Source: Raillietiella orientalis
Taxonomy: Eukaryota
Length of the DNA stretch: 64,000 bases
Direction of reading: 5' to 3'
Assembly (NCBI GenBank): GCA_036172245.1
Contig: JAYWIR010000025.1
Span: forward strand, 1,302,001 to 1,366,000
This document shows, one piece after another, positions 62,901-64,000 of this stretch. The notes beneath the pieces were generated by a model. The model had not been told where the DNA came from. It did not search any database and saw only the letters and a list, made by a program, of their open reading frames with translations. The stretch's first letter is position 1; the number at the start of each line of letters is the position of its first letter. The position numbers were made by a program, and so were the translations under genes.

Positions 62901-64000
62901 GTAACAAATAACGGACGGTTGTGCATACAATCAACTACTTTGTAGCAACTGACGAGCGTAGAGGCTTCTCTGACGAAGACCAAGAAGTACTGAGGGTTGC
63001 ATTTGGCATTCATCATGCAAAATGAAGGGAATACTCTTGAAGCAATGGTACATCGCGTGGGAAATCAGCCAAATACTTTCTTTGAGACTCATACTGCTTG
63101 CCTTTGATTGGCTCGACGTACTTTATGGCTCATGTTTTGTCGATTCCACGGCTCAGCTGTCCTGTTAGCCCCACTGCCAGAGCGTGTATTCTTTCATCGC
63201 TTGCATTCTATACAGTTCGCGCCGAATTTGTTGCCCCGTGACTTACGACCCCTGATGGTAATGTGAGCAATTTGTTTCAAGGAACAGAAATGCAAGGAGA
63301 GTTTCATCTTAAACGAACAGCTGACTCGGATGCATCAAACTTGAAAGCAATCAGGTTTATTTTTAGACAGCCCGTGCATGCTCAGGACGAAAGTAATCTC
63401 CGGAATATGTTAACAAATTTTCAGCGATTGGGATAAACGTATTTTCCTATCAGCAAGTACAGTCACTGGCGCAGCCTCAATGCCAATTTCTATTTATCAT
63501 AGAGTGAAATACGATCCCCACTGATGGTTCTTTATAATGGTCCTAACGTCAAAGGTCGAAAATCCGAATGCTACAGGTATTTCGATAAAAACAAGAGGGA
63601 ACTGCAAGGGATGGAATTCATCGCATGCCTGAGACAAAGGTTCCTTCCAAAAAGGCATCTCGTCGAAGAGAGATGATACGAAAGTATAACTTCTACTCCT
63701 TTGGAGCTTAGTCTGTTCTGGCAGTGCTTTCAACTACTTATTTTGCAACAGAACATTTCAATAGGTCCGAAAACAAAAAGTAAGATGGTCTTGTGCGTAG
63801 TAAAAACACAATTTGGAATCCAAAATTTTTTGCTGAATTTCTGGAATAGTTGAGCAAATTCTGCTAAATAAGGGGTAAGCGAAGGAAGCGAACTCCATGA
63901 TGGTTTGGAGTCACCACGCAGCACGGACGTTTGCATTCGACATCTGCGATTGACAGTCGAATTTATCCATGAAAGGAAACCATGAAGGCTTTAATCCATG

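Noticed and set aside
1..64000. tRNA, rRNA, CRISPR arrays or prokaryotic operon-like systems
   Set aside because: GGTTCGA-like words (13485, 20702, 43880, 58382) lack a cloverleaf or A-box context, no regularly spaced repeat array was seen, and the sequence is eukaryotic and spliced.

Overview
Eukaryotic, arthropod-like genomic DNA. The only gene I can support is an Eph receptor tyrosine kinase on the minus strand (CDS 31943->14681). I reconstructed it by hand as 13 coding exons, all with GT..AG boundaries and consistent phases (3057 nt, 1018 aa with all optional exons). Domain order is signal peptide, ligand-binding domain, Cys-rich/EGF-like region, two FN3 repeats, TM, juxtamembrane, kinase, SAM, and a C-terminal PDZ-type motif (-GFLV). 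Notable details are an 18-nt juxtamembrane microexon plus a 54-nt cassette exon, a near-perfect 58-bp copy of last-exon sequence inside intron 3, an intronless kinase+SAM exon beside 45-75 bp mini-introns, and a uORF ending 7 nt before the start codon. Repeats include a TA-flanked pogo/Tigger-type MITE past the poly(A) signal, an inverted dispersed repeat pair (about 21 kb and 42 kb), and heavily decayed non-LTR retrotransposon relics. Most long ORFs in the GC-rich 16-38 kb block look spurious. I found no convincing novel multi-gene system; the most interesting signals concern splicing and structure of the Eph locus.
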